DNA of 64,000 nucleotides from the human T2T-CHM13v2.0 reference genome, Homo sapiens. The notes beneath the pieces are model-generated. The model was not told the DNA's origin. It saw only the letters and a program-made list of their open reading frames with translations, and ran no database searches. The stretch lies in assembly GCF_009914755.1 (NCBI RefSeq), contig NC_060927.1, one strand, 5' to 3'. Below, piece by piece: positions 1 to 13,872 of this stretch. Numbering within the stretch: position 1 is the first letter of the stretch; each line of letters opens with the position of its first letter. The translations under genes were made by a program, and so were the position numbers.

Positions 1-833
1 AGTTGTGTTGTGCTTTTGCTTTTAGCTGAAGAAAGGAAGGCAAGTTTGGAGGAGGAAGAGGGTTGGTTGTGTAGACTTTGAGAGCACAGAAAGGTGTGTT
101 ATCTCCTGGCTCTAAGGATCAATATGCAAGTCCTCTAGAGAGAGAAATTGCTAGCAAAAGCAGAAAAAACTATGTGTCTCTGTGACCCAAGTGGAAGGGT
201 GGAGGGGGCATTACTCCCAATGATAAACCGAATACCGTGCCTCTGCAGCATCCTGAGAGATTGCTGCTATGTAGTCTCATTAGGAGACAGCCTTGTTTTA
301 GGGGAGCATCTGTAATCAAGGTAGTGATGAGGTACTGCCCTCAGTGACTTCCTGAGACCATCCACCATGAAGGCGTCTGGATCAGAAGAGGAAGCCTACT
401 GTTAGCATCAATGGTGATTCATTTGTAAGCACTCATGAAACACCATCTGAGAACTTCTAGTTATAATTAGATGAAAGTTCCTAGGGAGTGGCATAAGAAT
501 GTGGGGACAGGTGTCAGTGATATTTTACTTATTCTATTAATATGCACCTTCTGTACCAGGTTCGAGAAGCTTATTATTATCCCTGTTGGGAGGGAGGCTT
601 ACCAAGGGTAAGTAATGTGTTTGCTGCATCTAAACAAGAAGTGGTAGAGCCAGGATTTAAAGCCATGTTTATCTGCCTCCAATGCTTATTCCTGGTACCA
701 CTACGCTGTACAAACTTCCAGTAGAATCCCAAAAGCTGTTAAAATAAGAGGAAAATTTAAAGGGGTAAGTCTTCAAGTCATGTGTCGGATCTTAGACAGT
801 GAAACTTGAGACATGATAGAAAACAGTGGCTCA

Positions 834-1129
<296 letters not shown>

Positions 1130-1360
1130 AAACAGTGGCTCAACATGGAAACTAAAAATCATCTCTGGCCATGGGAGGAGGAACCTCTTCGTATCAACAA
1201 AGTTCAAACATGGGTAAGTTTACTAATAGATGTTCTTATAATCAAGTGTTAATTTGGCCAAGTTGTTAACTTGTTTGGGTTTAATTTTCTATCTGTGAAA
1301 TGAAGAGAATGAAAGCATCTGTTTTGTAGGTTCATTGAGAGAAGTCACACAAATACAGAG

Positions 1361-1919
1361 TGTGGTAGATTGTATTTTCCAAAGATGGCCATACAAATAT
1401 ACATATCTGAGTGCCACATGCATTTCTTAAATTGTAACTGACACCTTCTTATTTAATGCTGAGATTTATATTTTCTGGGTTTGGATCAAGACAGAAACTT
1501 CCATTTTTGATCAACAGATGCAGCAGAAGTGATGCTATGTGACTTCCAAGGCTAAGGCCATAGAGAGGATACAGCCTCCATCTGATTCCTCTCTCAGGAC
1601 ACCTGTCCTTGGAACTCAGCTGTTATGCTCTGAGGAAGCAAAATTAACTTGCATGGAGAGGCCAATATAGAGAGGAACTAAGGTCTTCAGCTGAGTGCCA
1701 CCATTGTACAGTAGACACGAGTGAAGACGCTTTCAGATGATTTCAGCTCCCAGTCTTTGAATCTTCCATCTGAGACCCCAGACCGTTGTGGATCAGAGAC
1801 AAGCTGTCCCCACAGTGTCCTGTCCAATTTCCTCTACAGAATCTGTGAGCATGACACATTGCTGTTTCATGCCACTGAGTTGTGGGGTAAATTCATATGT
1901 GTCCTTAGTAACTGGAACA
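1361..1919 (+). mobile_element. MaLR solo LTR, MLT1H-like
   Basis: Starts tgtggtagattgtattttccaaagatggcc; internal gatgctatgtgacttccaaggc; ends gccactgagttgtgggg...aactggaaca. Confidence 0.8.
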
Positions 1920-2107
1920 GATTTTGATGCCATGTAAAATGGTACAAAAGAAGAAGAAGATAGCTCGGGAATTTTTGCAACTTGCTTCTTATCTATTAAT
2001 TTAATTTGGTCCATTGCTAGACCAAGTACGTAAGAGTTAATTCTGTATCTAACAATTTAGTAACCAGATTGTCAGTAAAATGCAAGCAAAATTTAGAAGG
2101 ACAATGA

Positions 2108-2500
<393 letters not shown>

Positions 2501-3047
2501 TTTTCTGCTCTCTTACAATTGTTTTACCTGAGCGCTTACTAATTTACTCTTAGCTAAAGTTCTCCTGTTCAGGAATGAGGAAATTCTAGTAGCCAGCTCA
2601 GAGGTGGTCAACCAGAATTCTTGTATTATAGGAGCTCATAATAATAAAACTTTATATTTATAGATGGTTTTGCACAAGGTTTTTACATCCTTAATCTCAA
2701 GTGAAGTTTACTAATGCATTTGTGTGGGCTTGGCATATAGTGGCCAGAGACTATACTGATCTAGTATGTATTTGCTGCTTCTTGCAGCTGTTGAAATATG
2801 TGATACAGTATATGCATACTAAAGATAAAGATGTACAACTAGGGGGAAGAAACAAAGAAACTAGTGCCTACTTTTGGCATCTATGTGAGAATGTTAAGAA
2901 ATAGAATTCTGGGGGTAGAGTCCTATGGGGACCTGGTGAATTGGCACATGGCCAGATGCTATGTAAATACATAGCAGCCATCCCACTCTTGGAGGAGAAA
3001 TAAATACTATGAGAGGGTTGGGAAGGTACAGAAGGTCATTTTGTAAC

Positions 3048-3587
3048 TGCCAAGACCTCTGAGGGTCTAGGATTTTATCTACTTGCAAGCTGACAGGTTA
3101 GCCAGCCACAGTTTCAAGGATGCTGGTTGGAGACTTGAGACTCCCAGGTCAGAGGTAAAGGACAGTAGCCAGAGAATTAGCATTTTTGTCCTAATCCCTA
3201 AGCTCCAGTTCCCACAGGAGCTACATAATAACTGCACACTCAATGGGTTTGTTACAGAAGAGTCCCCGAACTTAGGGAATCTGAATCTTGTGTAATATAC
3301 ATTTAGCATGCTTGACCTTTGCTTTCAGAGAGAAACATTTTCTTTATTACACTGGACAGTAAGCATACCTGCCTTTTGCTTCAGTGGGAAATATCGCCTT
3401 TAAAATCATGGCGAAGCTGTAAGCAACCTGCTCTTTGCTTTGGAGGGAAACACACTGTCTATTATTTCCATGCTGTTTGCTATACAAATATCCTTGAAAA
3501 GATAGTTCAGAACAAAAGGCCGTCAGTACTTCTGCTTATAAGATGTGCAGAAATATTGAGAGATCCATGGAAAATTGTCTGCTAACA
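3048..3587 (-). mobile_element. ERVL solo LTR, LTR53-like (MER54/MER74 group)
   Basis: Minus strand begins tgttagcagacaattttccatggatctctc and ends gaaactgtggctggctaacctgtcagcttgcaagtag...ttggca; near 5-bp TSD gtaac/ataac. Confidence 0.75.
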
Positions 3588-4214
3588 ATAACTCCCAATC
3601 TTCAGAGGATCCAAATAAATTGCAAACCAACTATTATTGTTAGGCTAGTGATGAAGGGTCAATGACAGCCATATGCATCAGGAAAATTAGAGGGAAATGT
3701 GTACTATAACTTGAATTTACATGTTTTTTCTTCTTATCTGCACTTCAGGATTGTCTCCATCAATGGGGTAGCAAAGACAACTTTCTAACAATTCAATTTC
3801 CCTGTAGTTCAAGTCTGTCTTCTTTCTATATTGGTTTGGGGACCTGGTGGCTACCATTGAGACTCTGAGCAGCATCATTCACATTGACTCTGTGAAATAA
3901 ACAGAATGGGTACTTATTCTTTCCAGCTGATGGGAAAGGACATTTACCCATGGCTGGCTTTAGGGAAAAGAACCCCATGTGATAGGCTGGTAGTGACAAA
4001 TGCAGAAGGATACTAAAAAAAGCTGAGTTCCTGAGACCTGCTTAAAAGAAAAAGGGGCTTCATTGGAAGCTGCTTTGCATTAGATATGGCGTTGGTCACT
4101 CACCTGTTTTCTTCCATATCCAATCTTTACCCTTTTTCTGTTCTACTCGATTAATTACTTGCACCCTTTGTGAAGGAGAAATTAAACAAACTGCTTATTG
4201 GCTCAGCAAGATGA

Positions 4215-5170
<956 letters not shown>

Positions 5171-5899
5171 ATTGTATTGATAAGGAGAGACAAACATCTT
5201 TTGAAAGATTTCAGATTATATCTAAAGTGAAATAATTGATGAACAGTGTAATCATTTATCAGTTAATATTCAGTTTCATAAAAGTCAATTGACCATTCAC
5301 ATTAAAAAAATGTTGTAACATATTTGTTGACGCCTGCAGATTTAGACCCTCTGCTCAGGACCAGGTTTTACTTCTGCATCTGTGCATTCATATACCACTA
5401 GAAGGTGAAAACATGGTTTGGGGTCTGTTTTGAAGTATGAGGAGAAGTTGGTTAGGGTGCTTGCCAAAGTGCCCTCATCCTTGTGGGCACAAACATCCAC
5501 TGCTACTGATTTGAAGAAAGTGGTTCTGTAATTTCTACATCCACCTGCTGCAAACTGCAAAATTCCTTGGCAACACTTTCAATTCCCTTAGCAACTCAAG
5601 GTGCATGAGTCACTAGGCTGAAAGTGGAGCTCAGCCAAATCTTGGTGGGATCATAGAAACCCGCTCCCTGCTTGCTTTCTCGAGGGAGCTTCCTACTGGG
5701 AAGCAGCAGAGGTGCCCCTGGGCCTGACAGTTCCCTGTGGACATGCGGAGGGAGGCTGTTCTTAAAATGTCACTGAAAACAGAATTTGGCAGCAATGGGG
5801 ACTTAGCGATCAGCTCTACTTCACCTTAGAGAATAAGAATCAAGGTTGTGCAATATTAGTAGATTACATGCTAGTCAAATAATAACAGATCCTGTAGTA

Positions 5900-6090
5900 A
5901 TAAATGTAACAACTTTACTATTTATCTGTCTAGGTACTGTCTTCTTTAATCCTTTCAACAGGTCTAAATGGCAGGCATGTTTATTCACATTTCACAGATG
6001 AGGAAACTGAGGCTCAAGAAAAGATGAAGTCAAAATTCTATCACAGACTTATCTAGCTCCAAGGCCTCTCTATTACCACTGTGCTGTCTC
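5900..6090 (-). mobile_element. MIR SINE fragment
   Basis: Core tttcacagatgaggaaactgaggctca. Confidence 0.75.
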
Positions 6091-6368
6091 CTAGGTAATT
6101 CGCAGTATTATTGACGACTGTGGATGTGTGAATCGATAATGCTATCTATTCAAAGTGTATATGATATACACATATACACACCTATATAGGCACTTTTAAA
6201 TTATATCCATAATGAAAGACGGCTTTGTTAGAGTGAGACATAACCCAATATGGAAACTCACCATTTTGTATGTCTTAGATTCACTTTGCTGGACATCTTC
6301 TTACTTAAGGGCCCCTTGCCTAGTGAAGGGGAGTCTATGACCAGCTTTAGAAAATAGGGTTAGGTTAT

Positions 6369-6795
6369 CAAATGTCCATCAATGATAGACTGGATTAAGA
6401 AAATGTGGCACATATGCACCATGGAATACTATGCAGCCATAAAAAAGGATGAGTTCATGTCCTTTGCAGGGACATGCATGAAGCTGGAAACCATCACTCT
6501 AAGCAAACTATCACAAGGACAGGAAACCAAACACAGCATGTTCTCACTCATAGGTCGGAGTTGAACAGTGAGAACACATGGACACATGGTGGGGAACATC
6601 ACACACCGTGGCCTGTCAGGGGGTGGGGGGCTGGGGGAGGGACAGCATTAGGAGAAATATGTAATGTAAATGACGAGTTGATGGGTGCAGTAAATGAACA
6701 TGGCACATGTATACCTATGTAACAAACCTGCACGTTGTGCACACATACCCTAGAACTTAAAGTATAATAAAAAAAAAGAAAAAAAAAGAAAAAAA
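6369..6795 (+). mobile_element. 5'-truncated L1PA (about PA5-PA6) 3' end
   Basis: ORF2 C-terminus (DWIKKMWHI..MEYYAAIKKDEFMSF), G-rich 3' UTR, poly-A; perfect 20-bp TSD agaaaatagggttaggttat at 6349-6368 and 6796-6815. Confidence 0.95.
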
Positions 6796-7199
6796 AGAAA
6801 ATAGGGTTAGGTTATATTCACTACCCTTTCTGGTAGTTATAGTTTTGTTGGTCAAGCTTTTGGTATAGGCACTGGAAATTGTTATTGGTTTATTTGGGAA
6901 TAAGTGAGTGTTAATTTTACACACACACATGCAAAATACATTATCATTATTTCAGATTTTACATAGCGAAATGAATCACCGGACAGCTGAGGTTATCTAT
7001 TCACCCTAGAGCCTTCTCAAGAGCATGCCAGCAGATGATCATGAACCTATGAGTCCTCCAGAAAAAAACAGGCCCTGCTGGGGCTCAGCAGCTAGAGGAT
7101 CAGGTCCTGGAAGGGCCTTATACGCAATCATAGAGCACAAGGATGCCTTCATAGTGTGTTTTAGGAGGTTCTGAGGTTCTGAAAGGCCTTCTTTGTGAT

Positions 7200-7655
7200 A
7201 CAACACATTTAATTAGACCAACATTTGCCATAACCAGTTTGTGTCCAGTAATGCGTCAGGCTCTGGATGTACAAAGATAAAGAAGTCAAAGTCCATGGCC
7301 TCTCAGCTTTCCCCATCCAGTTTGAAAGGAGGACAGGAAAGAAAATAGTGGCGCTGTAACAACAATCAGGGTTGCATGTGAAGCTCTATGAGGACATATA
7401 TGTGCGTATAATTAATGCTGTAAGATGGGAAGGTAAGAGAAGAAAGTCAGCAGAAGCTGTAAGAAGATATTTAGGTTGGATGTAATGGCCGAGTTAGAAT
7501 GCAGCAGGGTTATGAGGGCACAGGGCATTGCAGCCAGAGGGAAGTGTGGGAGTAGAGCTTTGAGAGCCGAGCCTGGGAGGCTTTGAAGAGTCACGGGATG
7601 GAGACTGGAAAGGTGCAGAGGGCCACATCACAAGGAATGTGGCTTTATCCTGTTG
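7200..7655 (-). mobile_element. L2 LINE 3' fragment
   Basis: Degenerate L2 pattern (caggctctggatgtacaaagataa..., gagggccacatcacaagg). Confidence 0.55.
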
Positions 7656-7783
7656 GCTATAGTTAGCCAACATCAACCAAACTGGGACACTTTTGAGAGT
7701 AAAAGGAGGTGCTAAAAATAAGTGGAACTTAATCTTTTGAATATTTATTGACCATCAAGTTGACTCTATTAAAAACTTTTTGA

Positions 7784-8100
<317 letters not shown>

Positions 8101-8117
8101 TAAAATATAAAAATATT

Positions 8118-8328
8118 GCCTGGGCACAGTGGCTCATGCCTGTAATCCCAGCACTTTGGGAGGCCGAGGAGGGTGGATCACCTGAGGCCGGGAGTTTGAG
8201 ACCAGCCTGACCAACATGGTGAAACCCCATCTCTACTAAAAATACAAAAAGCTAGTCGGGCATGGTGGCATGCGCCTGTAGTCCCAGCTACTCCAGAGGC
8301 TGAGGCAGGAGAACCGCTTGAACCTGGA
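8118..8328 (+). mobile_element. 3'-truncated Alu (AluS) fused to an L1 fragment
   Basis: Alu left arm and part of right arm, ending abruptly at gaacctgga. Confidence 0.9.
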
Positions 8329-8526
8329 AATCTATAAGTTGCTTTGGACAGTATGGTCATTTTAATGATACTGCTTCTTCCTATCCATGAGCATGGAATG
8401 TTTCTGCATTTGTTTGTGTCATCTCTGATTTCTTTGAGAAGTTTTTTGCGGTTCTCCTTGTAGAGATCCTTCACCTTCCTAGTTAGCTGTATTCCTAGAT
8501 ATTTTATTCTTTTTGAGGCAATTGTA
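8329..8526 (-). mobile_element. Internal L1 ORF2 fragment (primate L1)
   Basis: Minus strand encodes [48 protein letters not shown], a typical L1 ORF2 segment. Confidence 0.92.
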
Positions 8527-8654
8527 TAGGCACATATTTTAATCTATTTCTTATCTAAATCTATCCTTAATATCATGCCATTAGTATCTTTCTGAAGAAT
8601 ATATGTATTTTCAATATAATCTTATTAAAATGTTCTAATAAAATTGAGTAATAG

Positions 8655-8997
<343 letters not shown>

Positions 8998-9703
8998 TCA
9001 AAGCTCTATTTTATGGTAAATAAATTAGAATGTTTGATGACTCCAATGAATTATTCTCTTTTTTTTTTAAATTAAGAAAATACTTTCCCTTCAGAAACTG
9101 AAGCATATTCAAAATAAATTCTGCTCGATGTAGGATATTCGCAATGAAAAAATTTTTTTATATTAAAATGTGTAAACATCTCAGGTTGTTTCCCCCCTCT
9201 ATTCAGTGTATTTTTATTCAACAAATGTTTTTATAAGACAAAAACTCATCAAATAAGTCATCTGTGTTTATGATGTTTTTGAAGTTTTGCCAAATATAAA
9301 TGTTATAAAATTATAAGTTTTTTTATTCTACTCCAGAACAGAATATAAATTTGTTGAATTAAAAATAGTTGCTCTGTCAAATGATCTCCCTAAAAGTAAT
9401 ATATTCTGAAGAACAATTATCAAATTTGAAAACAGAAACTTGTTTACCCTTTAAGCCCTTTTCATTTGATATGTTCAGTTCCTCCCTTGTATTAGGAAGA
9501 ATAAATTTCAATGTCTTTATTGTTATAAACCTTATTTTTAGTAACCAAAATTTACTAAAAACTTCAACACTTTTTTGTTGTTTTATTTATGGAGTACTTT
9601 TATTAAAGAGTTCCAACTAATTTTGAACAAAATGCAACCATAATTTAGAGGACTTTTTAATTTAAAAATTCAATTCCATTGTAGGACACTGGGGTTAATA
9701 TAA

Positions 9704-10036
<333 letters not shown>

Positions 10037-10579
10037 CCCAGGCTCAAACATTTCTAATATTCAGTTGATTGTAGGCATCAAGAAAAAGAAAGTTTGTATT
10101 GCAGTATTGAATTTTTTTTTGTCTTCAGCATGTGTCATCCTAAATTTTATGTAGTTAAACCACTTATATATAGAAGTGATTTAAGTATACCTATATATGT
10201 AAAGTTTGATAATTATAGTTTTTATTTTGAATGGTAGAATATCACAGCTCGTATTAACCGACTTATGAATTACATGTACACCACAACCAATTCCAAGTAG
10301 AGCTCTGCTCCATAGTTTCTATGTTTTTAAGTTTTGTGAGATCATTGTTTTTACTACGATGCTGGGCTCCACCAAAATTTCTAATTGTTTTATCACAACA
10401 ACAAAAGTTTTAACTGAACTTAAAATAGCATTCACAAAATGTCAGATGTTTCAACTATGCCAGAATGGGCTATATTTTTATTTCATAAATCATTGAAAAG
10501 AATAGAAGTATTTTTATAATTAAGTGATTTTCAATTTGAAGCTGAAGACTGCTGTAAAACTTGTACTACTTAACCATTT

Positions 10580-10746
10580 TATCAGGGAAGATAGTTCTCT
10601 TCAACCAAGCACAGAGCTTTGGCAAGGATGTACATGGGGCAGTGAGGGAGGAAGGGCACAGCCACATAGCCAGCCGGGTTGGCAGCCACATCAACCTTGG
10701 TGATCAATATGGTGACAGATGTTGTGAATAGATCACCCTCACATCC
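10580..10746 (-). pseudogene. 7SK snRNA retropseudogene, 5' half only (RN7SKP-type), tailless
   Basis: Minus strand GGATGTGAGGGTGATCT...ACATCTGTCACC..ATTGATCACCAAGGTTGAT...CCTTCCTCCCTCAC...GAAGAG...GATA is colinear with 7SK nt 1 to ~165, with many CpG transitions; accattt repeated at 10573-10579 and 10747-10753. Confidence 0.92.
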
Positions 10747-11128
10747 ACCATTTAACTATTTTAGAAGTTTTTCTTCTGCTAATGGAGATAACACCTTGAT
10801 AATGATCACTTTATTTTCAGACTCGCACAAGGAAACTTGGAATAAAAAATGAGTAAAGTTAATTTAGAAGATGCATTTGATCTAAATAAAAAGTCATGCT
10901 TCACAATGTGATTTGTGTATTTTCTATAGCTGCACATGTGAAATCACCATCTTTGGGCACAGCCTTCTCTTGACTGTTAGAGGAGTTTCTGATATTTCTT
11001 CATATTTGTGTCTTCTGGTTTTCATTGGGCCAATAATATCAGTAGCTCAAGTGGTAGATGGTAATTCTCAACAAATATTTGGTATGAGTTACTCTTTCAT
11101 TGTCAATACTTTTGAGAAGTGGCAAGTC

Positions 11129-11428
11129 AGCCAGGTGTGGTGGCTCACACCTATAATTCCAGCACTTTGGGAGGCTGAGGCAAGAGGATTGCTTGAGCCC
11201 AAGAGTTTGAGACCAGCCTGGGCAACATAGGGAGACCCTAATCTCTAAAAACAAACAAATAAACATTAGCCGGCCGTGGTGGCATGTTCCTGTCGTCCAA
11301 GCTACCTGGGAGGCTGAGGTGGGAGGATCACTTGAGCCCAGGAGTTCAAGTCTGTAGTGAGCTGTGATCATACGACTGCACCCCAGCCTGGGTGACAGAG
11401 TGACACCTTCTCTTAAGGGAAAAAAATA
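11129..11428 (+). mobile_element. Alu SINE (AluJo-like)
   Basis: ggattgcttgagcccaagag and ggatcacttgagcccagg J diagnostics. Confidence 0.92.
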
Positions 11429-12653
11429 AGAAGGAAAAATCTGTCCTAATTTTTTATAAAACTTGAATTTTTTTTTCTTTTAAGCTTATTGCTGCTGAAT
11501 GGTTTATTGTAAAATAAAAATGCATTGACAATAAAATATATTTATTTTATCTTAATAATTATGTATGGTGTAAATCTATAAGTATTTATAATAAAATCTG
11601 TATTTATGTATGATATTTCATATGTAAAAACATTTATTATATATGCATATTTATAGATTTTCACTATACAATAGTTGAAACTTTGTTTTAAACACACTGT
11701 TACTGGCTTGAAAAGATGATAAACTTGTAGAGTAGGACCATTCAGACTATTCTGTATAGACTCTGACAGGATTGGTCAATCTCTATTCCTTGTACATATT
11801 TTACTTATGTTTCTACCTGATTAACCACCTGTCATCCTGGTGACTAGGTGCACCTGGAAGGCATTGCCATTGGACTAGAAGGAGCTTACTGATCCTACCC
11901 AATTATATCCAAGTACACTTCAACTTATGAACGAATTATGAGTGAATAACCCTATATGTTGTCCTTGGAAGGGAAATGTAAACTAAGTTGGATCTTGAAA
12001 GGGTAGAGGAAAGAGAGTTGGTTTATCACTGTTATCTTTTAGCTATAATCAAATGTCAAAATAAGAAATCTATTTATTGTACATGCTTCTCACACAGTAC
12101 CAGAAGAGACTATGGCAGAAGCTGGAAATAAATATAAAGTAGAGGTTCATGAAATATACCTTGGCTTATTTTAATACATATATAGGTGTTATTACTTTAT
12201 TAAGAAATAAAAACCAGGACAAGTGCTAAATGAGAGGGGACCCCAGGACAAGAAGCATAAGCCAAGATGGCCTTGGGCAAACTGGAATATATGGTTTCCC
12301 TAAGCTTAGGGTATTATTGCAGGTTTTAAGTAATGAAGTTATATAATTAAACTTATAACTTTATAGGGATAAAGTTGGAACTCTTATGGCAATGAGTTGT
12401 ATTGATTATGATAGAATAATTTTTAAAGGGAGATTATTTTAGAGATTTTGGCCACAATAAATCATTATCTGCTTCTAAATACTTTAATATAGTTAATTTA
12501 TTGTGTGATTAGTGTTGCCTAAAACCTAGAGAAACTAGAGAATACAATTGAAAAGAAATGTGACCCAGAACAGGAGTGTTTCAACAAGGTTCAAATGAGC
12601 TGGAAATAGAATATGGAATATGGAATATTCTCACAGATGTCAGAAAAATGATC

Positions 12654-13532
12654 TGTGTCATGGATTGCTAGTTGATCCCTGTCTTGGTCTGTGCTGCTAT
12701 AACAAAATACCGAAGACTCGATAATTTACAAGTAACAGAAATTTATTTCTCATAATTCTGGAGACAGGGAAGTTCAGGCCGAGGTGTTGGCAGGTTCAGT
12801 GTCTGGTGAGGGCTGCTGTCTGCTTCCAAGGGGGCACCTTGTTGTTGAGGATGAATGCTGTGTTTTCACATGGCAGCAGAGATGGACAGGAGCAAACTCA
12901 CTCCCTCATACCATCTTACAAGGGCTCCAATTCTATCCATGATGGCTTTGCCCTCATGACTCAATCACCTCCTAAAGGCTTCACCTCAATACCATGGCAT
13001 TGATGATTAAGTTTCAGCATGAATTTTGGAGGAGACACAAACATTCAAACCATAGTCATCCCTAGTAGCCATTACCTGAATGATTCTTATTTTTTTGAAG
13101 TCCTGGTTTTCAGCTGGGCATATGTTTGCTCGATCTCCCTTGCAGTTTGATGTAGCTATTTAAGCTCCGACAAATAAATGTCATCTGGAGTGTCATGCAT
13201 AATTCCTGTAAGTGTCTTTAAAGAGAGGGAGAATGTCCCCTCTCTTTCTCTTTCTTGCTGTCTGGAACGCAGACATGATGGCAGAGCTTATGTGGCCAAC
13301 CTCAATCCTGACGAGGAAATTAGGTGCTAAGAATGGTCGAGCATCAAGAGAGAAAAAAAAAAAAGCATCAAAAGAGAAAGAGTTTGGGTCCCTGCATCCT
13401 GTAGCCATTACACTGGCCCTGAAGAGCTTCTCTCTCAATTTCTTTCACATGAGAAAGAAATAAAATTCTAACTTGTTTAAGCCACTATCACTTTGGGTTG
13501 TCAGTCACATCAGCAGAACTTAATTTTAACTT
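12654..13532 (+). mobile_element. MLT1 (I/J-type) LTR split by a nested MST LTR
   Basis: ctggaacgcagacatgatggcagagc and tgtttaagccact...gcagaacttaattttaact MLT1 hallmarks. Confidence 0.6.
12680..13057 (-). mobile_element. MaLR solo LTR (MSTB/MSTC-like)
   Basis: tgtcttggtctgtgctgctataacaaaatac...cacaaacattcaaaccatag; atccc on both flanks. Confidence 0.85.
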
Positions 13533-13872
13533 GCTTGAGCAGCTTACACAGTATAATGTTCACTTATAAAACAGTCAGACAAAACATTCCCTATTTTATC
13601 TTTACAACAGCCTTTTAGTTAAGCAAGGCAGGTGAAAACCCCTTTTACCAAGGAAAAAAATAAGACTTAGAGAAGATAACCACTTTACTTAAGGTCACAG
13701 AGCTAGATAAGGATAGCTGCAATATAGAATTTGAGGCCTTCTTACTCTATATTCAGTGGCCTTGTTAAATGTGGAGTTGGCACAGCCGTGGTAAGTAAAA
13801 AGAGGTTTGTTAGGGGAAGAGAGAAGTCATAAAAGATTAATTTTCCTGGGGTCTGACATAAAGGAGGGACAG

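Noticed and set aside
5393-5410. CTCF-like ccactagaaggtg
   Set aside because: Single imperfect motif, expected by chance in 64 kb.
6382-6722. ORFs resembling a real protein (MIDWIKKMWHI...)
   Set aside because: This is the L1 ORF2 C-terminus and 3' UTR of a truncated L1PA.
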